Of a DNA stretch of 64,000 nucleotides, positions 38,224-47,496 are shown piece by piece. Numbering within the stretch: the stretch's first letter is position 1; every line of letters starts with the position of its first letter. This DNA is from a virus. The notes beneath the pieces were generated by a model. The model searched no databases, was not told the origin of the DNA, and saw only the letters and a program-made list of their open reading frames with translations. The position numbers were made by a program, and so were the translations under genes. The stretch lies in UHGV virus genome UHGV-0247568. One strand, 5' to 3'.

Positions 38224-40050
38224 ATGGAATTCACAGAGAAAAATTTGTTTAACCCAGGAAAAAATTCGTTCGTTGAGGATGTGTTAGCACTCCATGGAGT
38301 TAATCCAGAAATGTTTTTAAATGGAAAAGACCACGAAGATGAAATTACTTCAAAACCGAGTTTATATTTCAATATGTTTAAAGCTGCTAATCTGGTGCGA
38401 AAACATATTGGAACAAATTCGTCAATTGGAATTTTAGTGGATGATGATGCTGATGGAATGACTTCTGCCGCGGCAATGGCACGTGTGTTATTTAAGAGGG
38501 GACACCATGGAGCGAAATTTATTTTTCATGATGAGAAAGGACATGGACTCCATGGAGAAGTTGAAAAAATCATTGAGCAAAAAATTGACTTCTTAATTGT
38601 GCCCGATGCAGGCTCTAATGATTTTAAAGAACAAGAAGAAATATTAGAAGCTGGGATTGACTTATTAATTTTAGACCACCATGGAGTAGATAATGAAAAA
38701 CCAATTTTAGAATTGGAAGCATTATACAATGGTTATGCATTAGTAAATAATCAATTATCTTATAACACAAAAGGTGTTAATAAACAGCTTGTTGGAGCAG
38801 GAATGGTTTATAAATTTGCTCAAACTTTAGATGCTGAATTTGGAACTGATGAATTTTCAAAAGATATTATTGATTTAGTAGCAGTTGGACAAATTGGTGA
38901 TGCAAGTGATGTATCAGATTTAGAAATTCAATTAATTATTCGTGAAGGATTAGATAATTTAAAAAATCCACTGTTAGTAGAAGCATTAAGAAACCGTATT
39001 GTAAAAGGTCAAAAAATTGCACCTATCAATATGTCGTTTGATATTATTCCATATATTAATGCTGTTACACGTGTTGGAAAAATGGATGAAAAAATCGAAT
39101 TAATGAAAGGACTAATTGGTTTTTGGCCAGCTGATGAAACGGTTATCATTCAAAAGAGAAGAAAAAACAAACTAACAAACAAATTTGAAATTCGTGAAGA
39201 ACCATGGACTCACTATGGAATCTTAATGGATAATTTATCAAAAATTAAAAATAGACAAAACAAAGAAATTGATAAAGTTCTCAAAAAAATTGAGGATCCT
39301 TATAATGAAAATATTGTTATCGCGGCCCTCAATGAAGATGAGATCGAATATCGATCAATCACTGGGTTAATTGCTAATAAATTGGTTTCTCAATATAATA
39401 AACCAGCACTTGTATTAATTTCTGAAGAAAAAGGAACAAAATTTAGTGGTTCAGCTCGTGGACATGAAAAAACTGTTTCTTCATTCAGACAATGGTGTTT
39501 AAGCACTGAACTATTTGAATTGGCGCAAGGACATGATAATGCATTTGGTGTTATTATTGATGAACTAAAATTAGAAGAATTAATGCAAAATGGAACTTTA
39601 GAAACAGAAGTAAATCAAGTGACATATGAAGTTAACAAAATCTATGAAAATGAAACAAACATTGAGGAAATCAAAATGATTAACGACAATGCGTGGATTT
39701 TCGGTGGCTCCATGGCGGCACCGAAATTTGGTTATAAAAACTTAGTGATTGGTCGCAATTGTGTATCACAAAGAGGTTCTGTGGTTACGTTTTTCGACCA
39801 TGGTTTAGAGTTTATTATGTATAAACAACCAGCTGGTTTAGTTGATTCATTTTTAGAAAAAATGGGCTTTGAACAAAAATTAGTAGTAAATTTAGTTGGG
39901 CACGCTAGTAGAAATGAATGGAATGGAAGAGTAAAAGAACAAGTGGTTTTAGATGATTTTGAAATGATGACATTAGCAGAAAGTGGAATTGAAGATAAGG
40001 CACCAACTTTCGATCCTAACTTTGATGATGATGGAAATTTAGTTTTTTAA
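38224..40050 (+). CDS. DHH-family phosphoesterase (RecJ-like exonuclease)
   Basis: DHH motifs 'VDDDADGMTSAA' and 'LILDHHGVD'. GGAG RBS before ATG 38224. Confidence 0.65.
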   Translation: MEFTEKNLFNPGKNSFVEDVLALHGVNPEMFLNGKDHEDEITSKPSLYFNMFKAANLVRKHIGTNSSIGILVDDDADGMTSAAAMARVLFKRGHHGAKFIFHDEKGHGLHGEVEKIIEQKIDFLIVPDAGSNDFKEQEEILEAGIDLLILDHHGVDNEKPILELEALYNGYALVNNQLSYNTKGVNKQLVGAGMVYKFAQTLDAEFGTDEFSKDIIDLVAVGQIGDASDVSDLEIQLIIREGLDNLKNPLLVEALRNRIVKGQKIAPINMSFDIIPYINAVTRVGKMDEKIELMKGLIGFWPADETVIIQKRRKNKLTNKFEIREEPWTHYGILMDNLSKIKNRQNKEIDKVLKKIEDPYNENIVIAALNEDEIEYRSITGLIANKLVSQYNKPALVLISEEKGTKFSGSARGHEKTVSSFRQWCLSTELFELAQGHDNAFGVIIDELKLEELMQNGTLETEVNQVTYEVNKIYENETNIEEIKMINDNAWIFGGSMAAPKFGYKNLVIGRNCVSQRGSVVTFFDHGLEFIMYKQPAGLVDSFLEKMGFEQKLVVNLVGHASRNEWNGRVKEQVVLDDFEMMTLAESGIEDKAPTFDPNFDDDGNLVF

Positions 40051-40137
40051 TAAAAAATGTGGAGAATGTTGTTTACATTCTCCATTTTTATGATATAATA
40101 TAAATATAAATAAAAAAAAAGAAAGTAGGAAATTATT

Positions 40138-40740
40138 ATGGCAAAAGTAAAATATTCAAAATACGATGTGTATGACTTTTTGGATTCTAAGAAAGCAGAA
40201 ATTTTAGAGAAAAAATTGGCTCCACTGTACAAAATTAGAGATGAAATTAAGTATGAAGGAATTAAAACTAAATATTCAAAAATTAATATTGAAAAATTAA
40301 ATGAAAAAATTAGCGAATTAAATGGAATGTTGTCCGATATTGATTTTGAATATTCAGCATATTCTTCAAAATTATATGGCTTATATGTAACAACAGGCAA
40401 TATGAAGGATAAAATTCTCAAAAAAGGATTAGAGAAAGCAGTTGCAGATGATGTATCATGCACAGTACTATTACATGAACTTCCAGATTATAACCAAGCA
40501 GAAGATAATATTCACCAAACTAGAGGTGAAATTGTAGAAGAATTTCAAAAATTAGATAGAATGGTTAAAAGCTGTAAAGATGGAGCTCAAGCTGTTTTAC
40601 AATTAAATAAATTAGGCTTCGACACTTCAACAATTAAACCTTCAAGTGGAAGTAATGAACTATTAGTTTTAAATATTAATAATGATTTATTGGGCTTACC
40701 AGAAGAAAGCTCCGACGTTGCAGAAAACTCAGAGTTCTAA
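40138..40740 (+). CDS. Hypothetical protein
   Basis: 200 aa; promoter cassette 40072-40099. Confidence 0.4.
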   Translation: MAKVKYSKYDVYDFLDSKKAEILEKKLAPLYKIRDEIKYEGIKTKYSKINIEKLNEKISELNGMLSDIDFEYSAYSSKLYGLYVTTGNMKDKILKKGLEKAVADDVSCTVLLHELPDYNQAEDNIHQTRGEIVEEFQKLDRMVKSCKDGAQAVLQLNKLGFDTSTIKPSSGSNELLVLNINNDLLGLPEESSDVAENSEF

Positions 40741-40754
40741 TGGAGGTATCTTAA

Positions 40755-41138
40755 ATGGATAATAATAAAATTGAAGATAGTAAAGTGGAGAAAATAATTG
40801 ATTTAATTGAATCGTTATTAATTGTTAGTGAAATTAATGAAGAAACAGAAGTGTGGATTGAAACACTAACTCCTTCGCATGGGCAGTGCCACTTACCAGT
40901 TACTGGTCTCTCCATGGACGGCGAAAATGATCTCTTTTTACTATTAGATATTGATAAAGACCATGGTGTTAAAGTTCCACAATTACTTGAATATTTACAA
41001 AAATATACTGATGAGAATGAAGTAGAAGAATTATGGTATTGGAGTGGAATTAACGAACCTTTTACAGTTGATTCATATTATATTATGGAAGATAACACTT
41101 TAGTTTTTAGTGATTATAATGGTGAACGCGATGAATAG
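40755..41138 (+). CDS. Hypothetical protein
   Basis: 127 aa. Confidence 0.4.
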   Translation: MDNNKIEDSKVEKIIDLIESLLIVSEINEETEVWIETLTPSHGQCHLPVTGLSMDGENDLFLLLDIDKDHGVKVPQLLEYLQKYTDENEVEELWYWSGINEPFTVDSYYIMEDNTLVFSDYNGERDE

Positions 41139-41601
41139 AAGAATTGAAGGTCCATTAAAACATATTATTGATGATAAAAATAGGTATCTTGCACGAGATG
41201 TAAATTTTGTTCCAAAATTAAAAGATGAATTAACTAAGACATTTAGGTTGCTTTGTGATGGTGATGATAATGTTAGATTAGTTTATGATACTCATTTTAA
41301 ACAATCATATATTTTTCATGCTCGAAAAGATGGGAATTTAATTTTTCCAATATTAGGTTTTTCTTTACAACCAAAGGAAGACGAAGTGTTCCAAACTGTT
41401 TTTGCCCCATATAAAATAAAAGATAATTATAATATATATATCGTTGTCCATATTTTTGGAGAAGAAATATATAATCTATCCATTAATCAAATATCAGTTT
41501 ACTGTAATGAGAAAAATGAAGAAATACCACAAGAAATTACATTCTTAAATGGTAAAACAAGAAAATTTAATCAATATCATAGACTATTAGATTTATTTTA
41601 A
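41110..41601 (+). CDS. Hypothetical protein
   Basis: 163 aa (start probably 41119 or 41137). Confidence 0.35.
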   Translation: MIIMVNAMNRRIEGPLKHIIDDKNRYLARDVNFVPKLKDELTKTFRLLCDGDDNVRLVYDTHFKQSYIFHARKDGNLIFPILGFSLQPKEDEVFQTVFAPYKIKDNYNIYIVVHIFGEEIYNLSINQISVYCNEKNEEIPQEITFLNGKTRKFNQYHRLLDLF

Positions 41602-41697
41602 AAAAATGAGATTTTGTGCAATTTTTTATGTACAAAGTCTCATTTTTTATGTATAATAAATATATAATAAATAAACAAATAGAAAAGAGGTAAGAAA

Positions 41698-41826
41698 ATG
41701 CTGAACGAGCAACAACCTTTAACTATAGAAGAAGAAATTGAATTACAAATTCAATCCGTTGAATTGATAATGGAAATTGAAGAAATAATTGATAAAAATG
41801 GAAAAATTTATGGAAAAACTTTATAA
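41698..41826 (+). CDS. Small acidic protein (42 aa), hypothetical
   Basis: Own promoter cassette and GAGGTAAG RBS; not in ORF track. Confidence 0.3.
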   Translation: MLNEQQPLTIEEEIELQIQSVELIMEIEEIIDKNGKIYGKTL

Positions 41827-41909
41827 AAACTGTTTACAAAATAGAAAAGTTAATGTATAATAAATATATAATAAATAAACAAAACAAAAACAGAAAGTAG
41901 GAAATAACA

Positions 41910-42098
41910 ATGATGAAAAATTTAGAAAAATTCAATTTAAACGCAGGAGATAAAGTATTAATGGACGGCGATGTATATTTAATCTTAGATAGAAATATTA
42001 CGCCGTACAACATTGGAATGTATCAATTACAAAATTCAGAAAATCATAAATTTTGGCAAGCTGCTCAGATTACGGAACAAATTTCAACAAAATTATAA
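41910..42098 (+). CDS. Small SH3-like protein (paralog family)
   Basis: 62 aa 'AGDKVLMDGDVYLILDRN...'. Confidence 0.4.
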   Translation: MMKNLEKFNLNAGDKVLMDGDVYLILDRNITPYNIGMYQLQNSENHKFWQAAQITEQISTKL

Positions 42099-42119
42099 AA
42101 AAGAAAGAGGTAAATAAAA

Positions 42120-42266
42120 ATGAAAAAACAATATCAATCTAAAGAACAAGAAATTTTAAACCAAGCTAAAACAGTATCAAAATTAGAAAGCTTGAGCGAA
42201 AAAGAAAAAATTGCAGTATTAAAATTTTTAGAAAAGAAACATGTAAATATGGGAGGAAATTGGTAA
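42120..42266 (+). CDS. Small hypothetical protein (48 aa)
   Basis: RBS AGAGGTAA + ATG; not in ORF track. Confidence 0.3.
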   Translation: MKKQYQSKEQEILNQAKTVSKLESLSEKEKIAVLKFLEKKHVNMGGNW

Positions 42267-42267
42267 C

Positions 42268-42468
42268 ATGAAAGAAAAATTAGAATCAGGAATGGCAGTA
42301 ATGGTTAATGTGGACGATGGTCAAACTTTAATCAAGGATAAAATTGGAATTATTACAGAAGTTTTTCCTCAAAAATATACAGCGTTAACTGGTTTTCATT
42401 ATGAAGTTTCGCTTTTAAATAGTGGAACAGTCGTTAGATGCAATAAAAAAGAAATTAAGAAAATGTAG
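42268..42468 (+). CDS. Small SH3/KOW-like protein (paralog family)
   Basis: 'GMAVMVNVDDGQTLIKDKIGIITEV...YEVSLLNSGTVVRCNKKEIKK'. Confidence 0.4.
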   Translation: MKEKLESGMAVMVNVDDGQTLIKDKIGIITEVFPQKYTALTGFHYEVSLLNSGTVVRCNKKEIKKM

Positions 42469-42541
42469 GCCTTAAAGGTTTACATTTTCACTATTTATTG
42501 ATATAATATATTTATAAAAATAAATTAAATTGGAGGTATTT

Positions 42542-43057
42542 ATGAATTTAGTTATTGAGGGTCCTAAAGCAAGTGGAAAAAGCACAATTTCTCATTATTT
42601 TATTGAAAAATATTTAACGACATATGATCATATGAGCTCCGATAGTGATAACTCATTAAAAGGACACTTAGATTTATTAAAAGGTAAAAAAGGTGAATCA
42701 TTAAATCATGTTATAGATCGTTTTTCAGTAGGAGAAATGATTTATCCTAATTTATATGGTCGTGAAGGAAAATTAAATTTAGATGAATTTAATGTCACAA
42801 TGAGTTCAGAAAACACATTATACGTTATTCTTTATTCGTCGTCTGATCAATTATTATTTGATCGAATTGAATGGAGAGGAAGAAACACTGATGATGAAGA
42901 TCATGATTTAGTGTCGAAATCAAATTTTGCATTTAAAATGATTGGTGAATCATTGAAATATCGTGAAAATGTATTATTATTTGATGTTGCAAAAGTAGGA
43001 TTAAAAGAAATTATTAAAATAATTGAAGATAAATTGGAGGAGTTAAACAGATGTTAA
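42542..43057 (+). CDS. dNMP kinase (P-loop; thymidylate-kinase-like, T4 gp1 analogue?)
   Basis: 'VIEGPKASGKSTI' Walker A, small size, immediately upstream of and overlapping the dCMP hydroxymethylase gene. Confidence 0.5.
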   Translation: MNLVIEGPKASGKSTISHYFIEKYLTTYDHMSSDSDNSLKGHLDLLKGKKGESLNHVIDRFSVGEMIYPNLYGREGKLNLDEFNVTMSSENTLYVILYSSSDQLLFDRIEWRGRNTDDEDHDLVSKSNFAFKMIGESLKYRENVLLFDVAKVGLKEIIKIIEDKLEELNRC

Positions 43058-43896
43058 AATTTAAAAATGTAAATGATGCATGGATTCATTTGGCAAAAAA
43101 TGTCGTTTATAAAGGTGATGTTGTTGGAAATACAAAAGAATTAACAAATGTATCATTCCAAATTGAAAATCCATTAGATAATATTGTAAAAAGTCGTCAC
43201 AATTTTTCATTAACATATTATTTAGGTGAAACCGTATGGTATGGTGCTGGTAAAGACGATGTTGAATTTATTAGTAAATTTGGTCGTATTTGGAATCATT
43301 TAACGGATAATGGAATTTATAACAATAGTGCTTATGGTTATATCTTAAAAAATAAACATGGTTTTGACCAAATCGAAAAAGCAATTGAATTATTACGTGG
43401 AGATCAATATAGCCGACGAGCAGTGTTAAATATTAATATTCCACGGCGTGATGTTATTGAAACAAAAGATGAAATGTGCACAATTGCATTACAATTTTTA
43501 ATTCGTGATGGAAAATTAGATATGACTGGAATTATGCGTTCAAATGATTTATGGACCGGTACTCCATATGATATTTTTTATTTCACAACATTACAACAAT
43601 ATGTTGCATATATGTTAAATATTGACACTGGAACATATACACATTTTGCAACTTCTTTACACTGCTATTTACGCGATGAAGAAAAATTAATTAAATCTTT
43701 TGAAAATGACGCAAACAATGTTTATGCTGGCGTAGATATTAATGGAATGCGTTTATTATTACAAGCAGAAGATTTATATTATACAACTCGTAAAGAAGAA
43801 AACGCAAAATTAGAATTAGTTAAATTATGCAAAGAACGCAATATTATTAAAGGAAAAGAAGTTGAAAAAACTATTGAAAAACTATCTGCTATTTAG
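43051..43896 (+). CDS. dCMP hydroxymethylase (thymidylate-synthase-fold, T4 gp42-like)
   Basis: 'EMCTIALQFLIRDGKLDMTGIMRSNDLWTGTPYD' parallels T4 gp42 'FMCTNTVQYLIRDKKINAVVNMRSNDVVFGFRND' as I recall it. Catalytic Cys in MCT (not ThyA PCH). Asp at the E. coli ThyA Asn177-equivalent position (R+11), the residue that switches dUMP to dCMP specificity. Confidence 0.6.
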   Translation: MLKFKNVNDAWIHLAKNVVYKGDVVGNTKELTNVSFQIENPLDNIVKSRHNFSLTYYLGETVWYGAGKDDVEFISKFGRIWNHLTDNGIYNNSAYGYILKNKHGFDQIEKAIELLRGDQYSRRAVLNINIPRRDVIETKDEMCTIALQFLIRDGKLDMTGIMRSNDLWTGTPYDIFYFTTLQQYVAYMLNIDTGTYTHFATSLHCYLRDEEKLIKSFENDANNVYAGVDINGMRLLLQAEDLYYTTRKEENAKLELVKLCKERNIIKGKEVEKTIEKLSAI

Positions 43897-43924
43897 CAGA
43901 TAGTTTGTATAAAGGAGAAGAGTT

Positions 43925-44341
43925 ATGAAAATTAAAATTAATATGTTTAGTGATGAAGAAATTTACCAACCAAAAAGAGCACATTATAATGACGCAGGAG
44001 CTGATGTTCGCTCAACTGAAGAAATGTTAATTTGGCCAGGAGAAACTAGAAAAATTCCATTAGGTTTTGGATTAGAATTACCAGATGGATATATGGGAGT
44101 TATGATGAGTCGTTCAGGATTAGCTTCAAAAGGATTAGTTTCACAAAATGCACCGGTTGATTCTGGATATAAAGGTCAAGTTCACGCAATTATGACAAAT
44201 GTATCGGATGAAGTTATTAAAATTGAAAAATATGATAGAATCGCACAATTAGTAATTATTCCAGTTATGGTTGCAGATTTTGTCACAGAAACAGGTAGTG
44301 AAAGAACTAGTGATGGTTTTGGAAGTACAGGTTTAAAATAG
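43925..44341 (+). CDS. dUTPase (trimeric, all five motifs)
   Basis: 'AGADVRS', 'SRSGLASKG', 'VDSGYKGQV', 'RIAQLVI', 'RTSDGFGSTG'. Confidence 0.8.
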   Translation: MKIKINMFSDEEIYQPKRAHYNDAGADVRSTEEMLIWPGETRKIPLGFGLELPDGYMGVMMSRSGLASKGLVSQNAPVDSGYKGQVHAIMTNVSDEVIKIEKYDRIAQLVIIPVMVADFVTETGSERTSDGFGSTGLK

Positions 44342-44350
44342 GAGGATTAT

Positions 44351-45409
44351 ATGGAAATTTTATTATTGAATGTCGCAAATAACATTACGGATTTTCGAAC
44401 AGTGTCAAGTGGGGAAACAGTTTATCTAAAACAAATGTTAGAACAGTTAGGCCATGGAGTTACAATTGCTTCAAATAAAAACGGTGAATATGCAGTTGCA
44501 TTTGAGGAAATTGAGGATATTAACAATTTTGACAAAGTGGTTGTTTTACCTGCTTCACTGAATTTTTTCGGTGGTGTAGAAAACCCAACAATTATTAAAA
44601 ATTATAAATTATTAGCAAAATATAATGGAACTATTAATATTTTGCAAACTGACGCACGTTTGCCATTCAAGCAGTTGTGGCCAGCAATTGAGAAGCGTGG
44701 ATGGGGATATAAAAAAGAAGAAGTTTGGATTAATGCCCCAATTAAAGTAATTGCACAATCAAAAAATTTAGATGAAGTTAAAACACAATATGAAAAAGAA
44801 ATTTTCAATGATATTGAGTTTACACATTTTCCAATTGAGCGCTATGCTGGCATTGTGGCGTTAATGAATCCAATCGATGAAGTCGAAGAAAAAGAACACG
44901 ATTTAGTTTATTATGGTTCATTCCGTGGAGGCAATCGTGCTGCTAAAATGGCAGAATTTTTATGTGGAAACATTGTAGAAAAATTAGATGTCCACGTATT
45001 TGGAACAATTCGAGAAAAACAATTAGCTAAAAGTAGTGAAGGTCCATTTCCTTCGTTTGGTAAAAAGATGAAAATGAATGAAATTAGACAAGAGGTTAGC
45101 AAAAGTTTCTCAACTTTAATTATTGGTGAAAAATTTTATAATAATGCAATGTTGACAGTGAGGGTTTGGGAAACATTAAGTAGCGATGCGGTAGTTCTCA
45201 TTGACAACGATTTTGACTCTTACCATAATTTATTTCCTAATTCGCCATGGCGGTATGTTGAAAAAGAAGAAGATCTTATCGAAGTAGTAAAATCTCTTAA
45301 AGATGACGAAAATAAGAGAAAATTAGCGATTCAAGAGCAAAAAGAAGTGTTAGAAAAAATGATTGATTCTTCTCAATGGTTAAGAGATTTTGAAAATATT
45401 TTAGCTTAA
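44351..45409 (+). CDS. DNA beta-glucosyltransferase (T4 BGT-like)
   Basis: 352 aa; T4 BGT is 351 aa. N-terminus 'LLLNVANNITDFRTVSSGETVYL', 'NFFGG', 'DARLPFKQLWP', 'GSFRGGNRAAKMAEFL', 'LTVRVWETLSSDAVVLIDNDFD' parallel T4 BGT 'AIINMGNNVINFKTVPSSETIYL', 'NFFGG', 'DIRLPFSQSWP', 'LRVWETMASDAVMLIDEEFD'; T4 sequence from memory. Confidence 0.6.
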   Translation: MEILLLNVANNITDFRTVSSGETVYLKQMLEQLGHGVTIASNKNGEYAVAFEEIEDINNFDKVVVLPASLNFFGGVENPTIIKNYKLLAKYNGTINILQTDARLPFKQLWPAIEKRGWGYKKEEVWINAPIKVIAQSKNLDEVKTQYEKEIFNDIEFTHFPIERYAGIVALMNPIDEVEEKEHDLVYYGSFRGGNRAAKMAEFLCGNIVEKLDVHVFGTIREKQLAKSSEGPFPSFGKKMKMNEIRQEVSKSFSTLIIGEKFYNNAMLTVRVWETLSSDAVVLIDNDFDSYHNLFPNSPWRYVEKEEDLIEVVKSLKDDENKRKLAIQEQKEVLEKMIDSSQWLRDFENILA

Positions 45410-45480
45410 CGGTTTACGTTAAGCTTTTTTTATGATATAATATAACTATAAATAAATTAGAAAGAAATGGAGAGAAATTT

Positions 45481-46005
45481 ATGACAGTTCAGTTTAAAGC
45501 GAAAGGACATGAAGATAACATTATTCACTTATATTCAGATGGTGGTTGTCGGTCAACTGCTAAAAAAGGTGAAACTATAAAAGAAACAGATAAAAGTGCT
45601 TATGCATTCTTCTTAAAACAAGGTGGAAATGAAAAATTAGATGGGAAAGCAAGCTATGGAAAAACAAATAACAATCAAGAAATTATGGGATTATTAATGG
45701 GTTTACGTGCTATTAAACGCCCAGAATTTCCAGTTGTTGCATATTTAGATTCGGCTTATGTTGTTAATTGTTTACAAGCTGGTTGGTGGAAGAAGTGGAA
45801 AGCTAATGGATGGACGAAAAAAGGTGGATTAGCAAATGCTAAAGAATGGAAAGAATTAATTGAAGAATTAGAACGTTTTCCATTTTTTAGAATTGAAAAA
45901 GTTAAAGGACACAGTGGTTTCGCAGATTATAACGATTTAGTTGATAAACACTTAAATAAATTAATGGATGAATTACCTGAAATTGGAAAGGGAAATGTTT
46001 TATGA
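45481..46005 (+). CDS. Ribonuclease H (type 1)
   Basis: 'LYSDGGCR', 'NNQEIMGLLMGL', 'AYLDSAYVVN', 'KVKGHSG...YNDLVD' RNase HI catalytic motifs. Confidence 0.75.
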   Translation: MTVQFKAKGHEDNIIHLYSDGGCRSTAKKGETIKETDKSAYAFFLKQGGNEKLDGKASYGKTNNNQEIMGLLMGLRAIKRPEFPVVAYLDSAYVVNCLQAGWWKKWKANGWTKKGGLANAKEWKELIEELERFPFFRIEKVKGHSGFADYNDLVDKHLNKLMDELPEIGKGNVL

Positions 46006-46964
46006 TATATTATGGAGAGCCATATTTTGAATTATTTTCATATGAGGCGACTGATAAAGCAAGAAATGACACTTGTAAAATATTAAACTCCATGGGGTAT
46101 TCACCTTTAAAATTATCTTGTTTTTCAGGCGTGAACATTGAGAAAGCTGATGAAGAATTAGCCAACATTGAGGAAAATGACATAATTCTCTTACAATATC
46201 CAACTTACAGTGGAGCAGATTATGAAAAGAGATTAATTGAAATTTCTCATAAGAAAAAAGCAAAAATTGGCGCAATTGTTCACGATCTAGAATCTATAAG
46301 ATTCTATGGAAATGATAGTGACATTGAGATTTTAAATGGCTTTGATATTATTTCACTTCCCTCCATGGAGATGTATAAAAAACTCTTAAAACAAGGACTA
46401 AAAACAAAAGTAAAGATACAATTGATTTGGGATTTTCTCGCCATGGATAATCAACAGTGGTATGACACAAATTCGGACATTGTCTTTGCAGGTAATTTAA
46501 CAATGGAAAAGAGTAAATGGATAATGGATGTAGATTTTCCTATGTTAGTATATGGAGACAATATCAATAATTTAACTTTTAATGATGGTGTAAAATATTG
46601 TGGTAAAAAACATGACTCAGATTTAGTGAAAGAAATTGGTGGACAAATTGGATTATTATGGGAAGAAGGATTATATAAAAATTATTTAAAATATAATTTA
46701 TCATTTAAGCCTTCTTTATATCTTGCGGCAAATTGTCCAATTATTGTTCCAGCTAAAACACATATCGGAAATATTGTTGAAACATATAAAATAGGTGTAA
46801 CTGTTAAAAATATTGAAAGACAAACAATGTTAGATGCTGTTATTAAATTAAAAGATAATTTGAATTTTTATCAAGAGCGCGTCTCAACATTTGGAGAAAC
46901 AATTAGAAATGGGCAAAATATGAAAACGTTAGTTGAAAGCATGGTGAGAGAAATTGAAAATTGA
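46002..46964 (+). CDS. Hypothetical protein; possible second (GT-B-like) glycosyltransferase in the DNA-modification block
   Basis: 320 aa, no clear motif match; inference from context only. Confidence 0.3.
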   Translation: MIYYGEPYFELFSYEATDKARNDTCKILNSMGYSPLKLSCFSGVNIEKADEELANIEENDIILLQYPTYSGADYEKRLIEISHKKKAKIGAIVHDLESIRFYGNDSDIEILNGFDIISLPSMEMYKKLLKQGLKTKVKIQLIWDFLAMDNQQWYDTNSDIVFAGNLTMEKSKWIMDVDFPMLVYGDNINNLTFNDGVKYCGKKHDSDLVKEIGGQIGLLWEEGLYKNYLKYNLSFKPSLYLAANCPIIVPAKTHIGNIVETYKIGVTVKNIERQTMLDAVIKLKDNLNFYQERVSTFGETIRNGQNMKTLVESMVREIEN

Positions 46965-47211
46965 AATGTATGTTTTTGATAAAGTTGAGGTCGATTATGA
47001 AAATTTCACTAATACTGAATATGGAGAACAATGTAAGATTTATCGATTCTCCCAAGTTGGCTTAAACTCGGAAATAAAATCAAAAATTTATTCAATTAAA
47101 TTTAGAAAATTATTAAAATATCAATGGTATGTTGATTTACAAATTTGGATTATGAAAATGAGAAAGAAAACATTTGTGCAAAATGTATTAGGAAGGGAAT
47201 ACCATGGATGA
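46954..47211 (+). CDS. Hypothetical protein
   Basis: 85 aa. Confidence 0.35.
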   Translation: MKIEMYVFDKVEVDYENFTNTEYGEQCKIYRFSQVGLNSEIKSKIYSIKFRKLLKYQWYVDLQIWIMKMRKKTFVQNVLGREYHG

Positions 47212-47395
47212 AAAAACTAGACTAATTAATAGGCAAGAAGAATTATCAGCACGATTAGAAGGTTTAAAATTTGCGGAAAAATGGATAAAAATTTTTGGGC
47301 CTCTAAATGAAGATAATGTTCAAAAAGAAATTAAAACAACTATGGAGTTAATGGATGATAATTTAGCTAAATTGGAGGAAATTATATATGGTTGA
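47204..47395 (+). CDS. Hypothetical protein
   Basis: 63 aa. Confidence 0.35.
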   Translation: MDEKTRLINRQEELSARLEGLKFAEKWIKIFGPLNEDNVQKEIKTTMELMDDNLAKLEEIIYG

Positions 47396-47483
47396 AATAT
47401 TAATTGATTTTTTATTGGTTTTTCCCGCGATAATTCTTATTATTTTATTTGCGGCTATCTTAGCAATTATTAGTGAAATTTAA
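47388..47483 (+). CDS. 31-aa hydrophobic peptide (putative small membrane protein)
   Basis: GGAGG RBS 9 nt upstream of ATG 47388; single TM helix; not in ORF track. Confidence 0.3.
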   Translation: MVEILIDFLLVFPAIILIILFAAILAIISEI

Positions 47484-47496
47484 AGGAGAATGAAAA

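Noticed and set aside
43051-43896. Canonical thymidylate synthase (ThyA) call
   Set aside because: The active-site context is MCT rather than PCH, and Asp replaces the dUMP-specifying Asn; the motif string parallels T4 dCMP hydroxymethylase instead. A thymidine kinase is present for dTMP supply.
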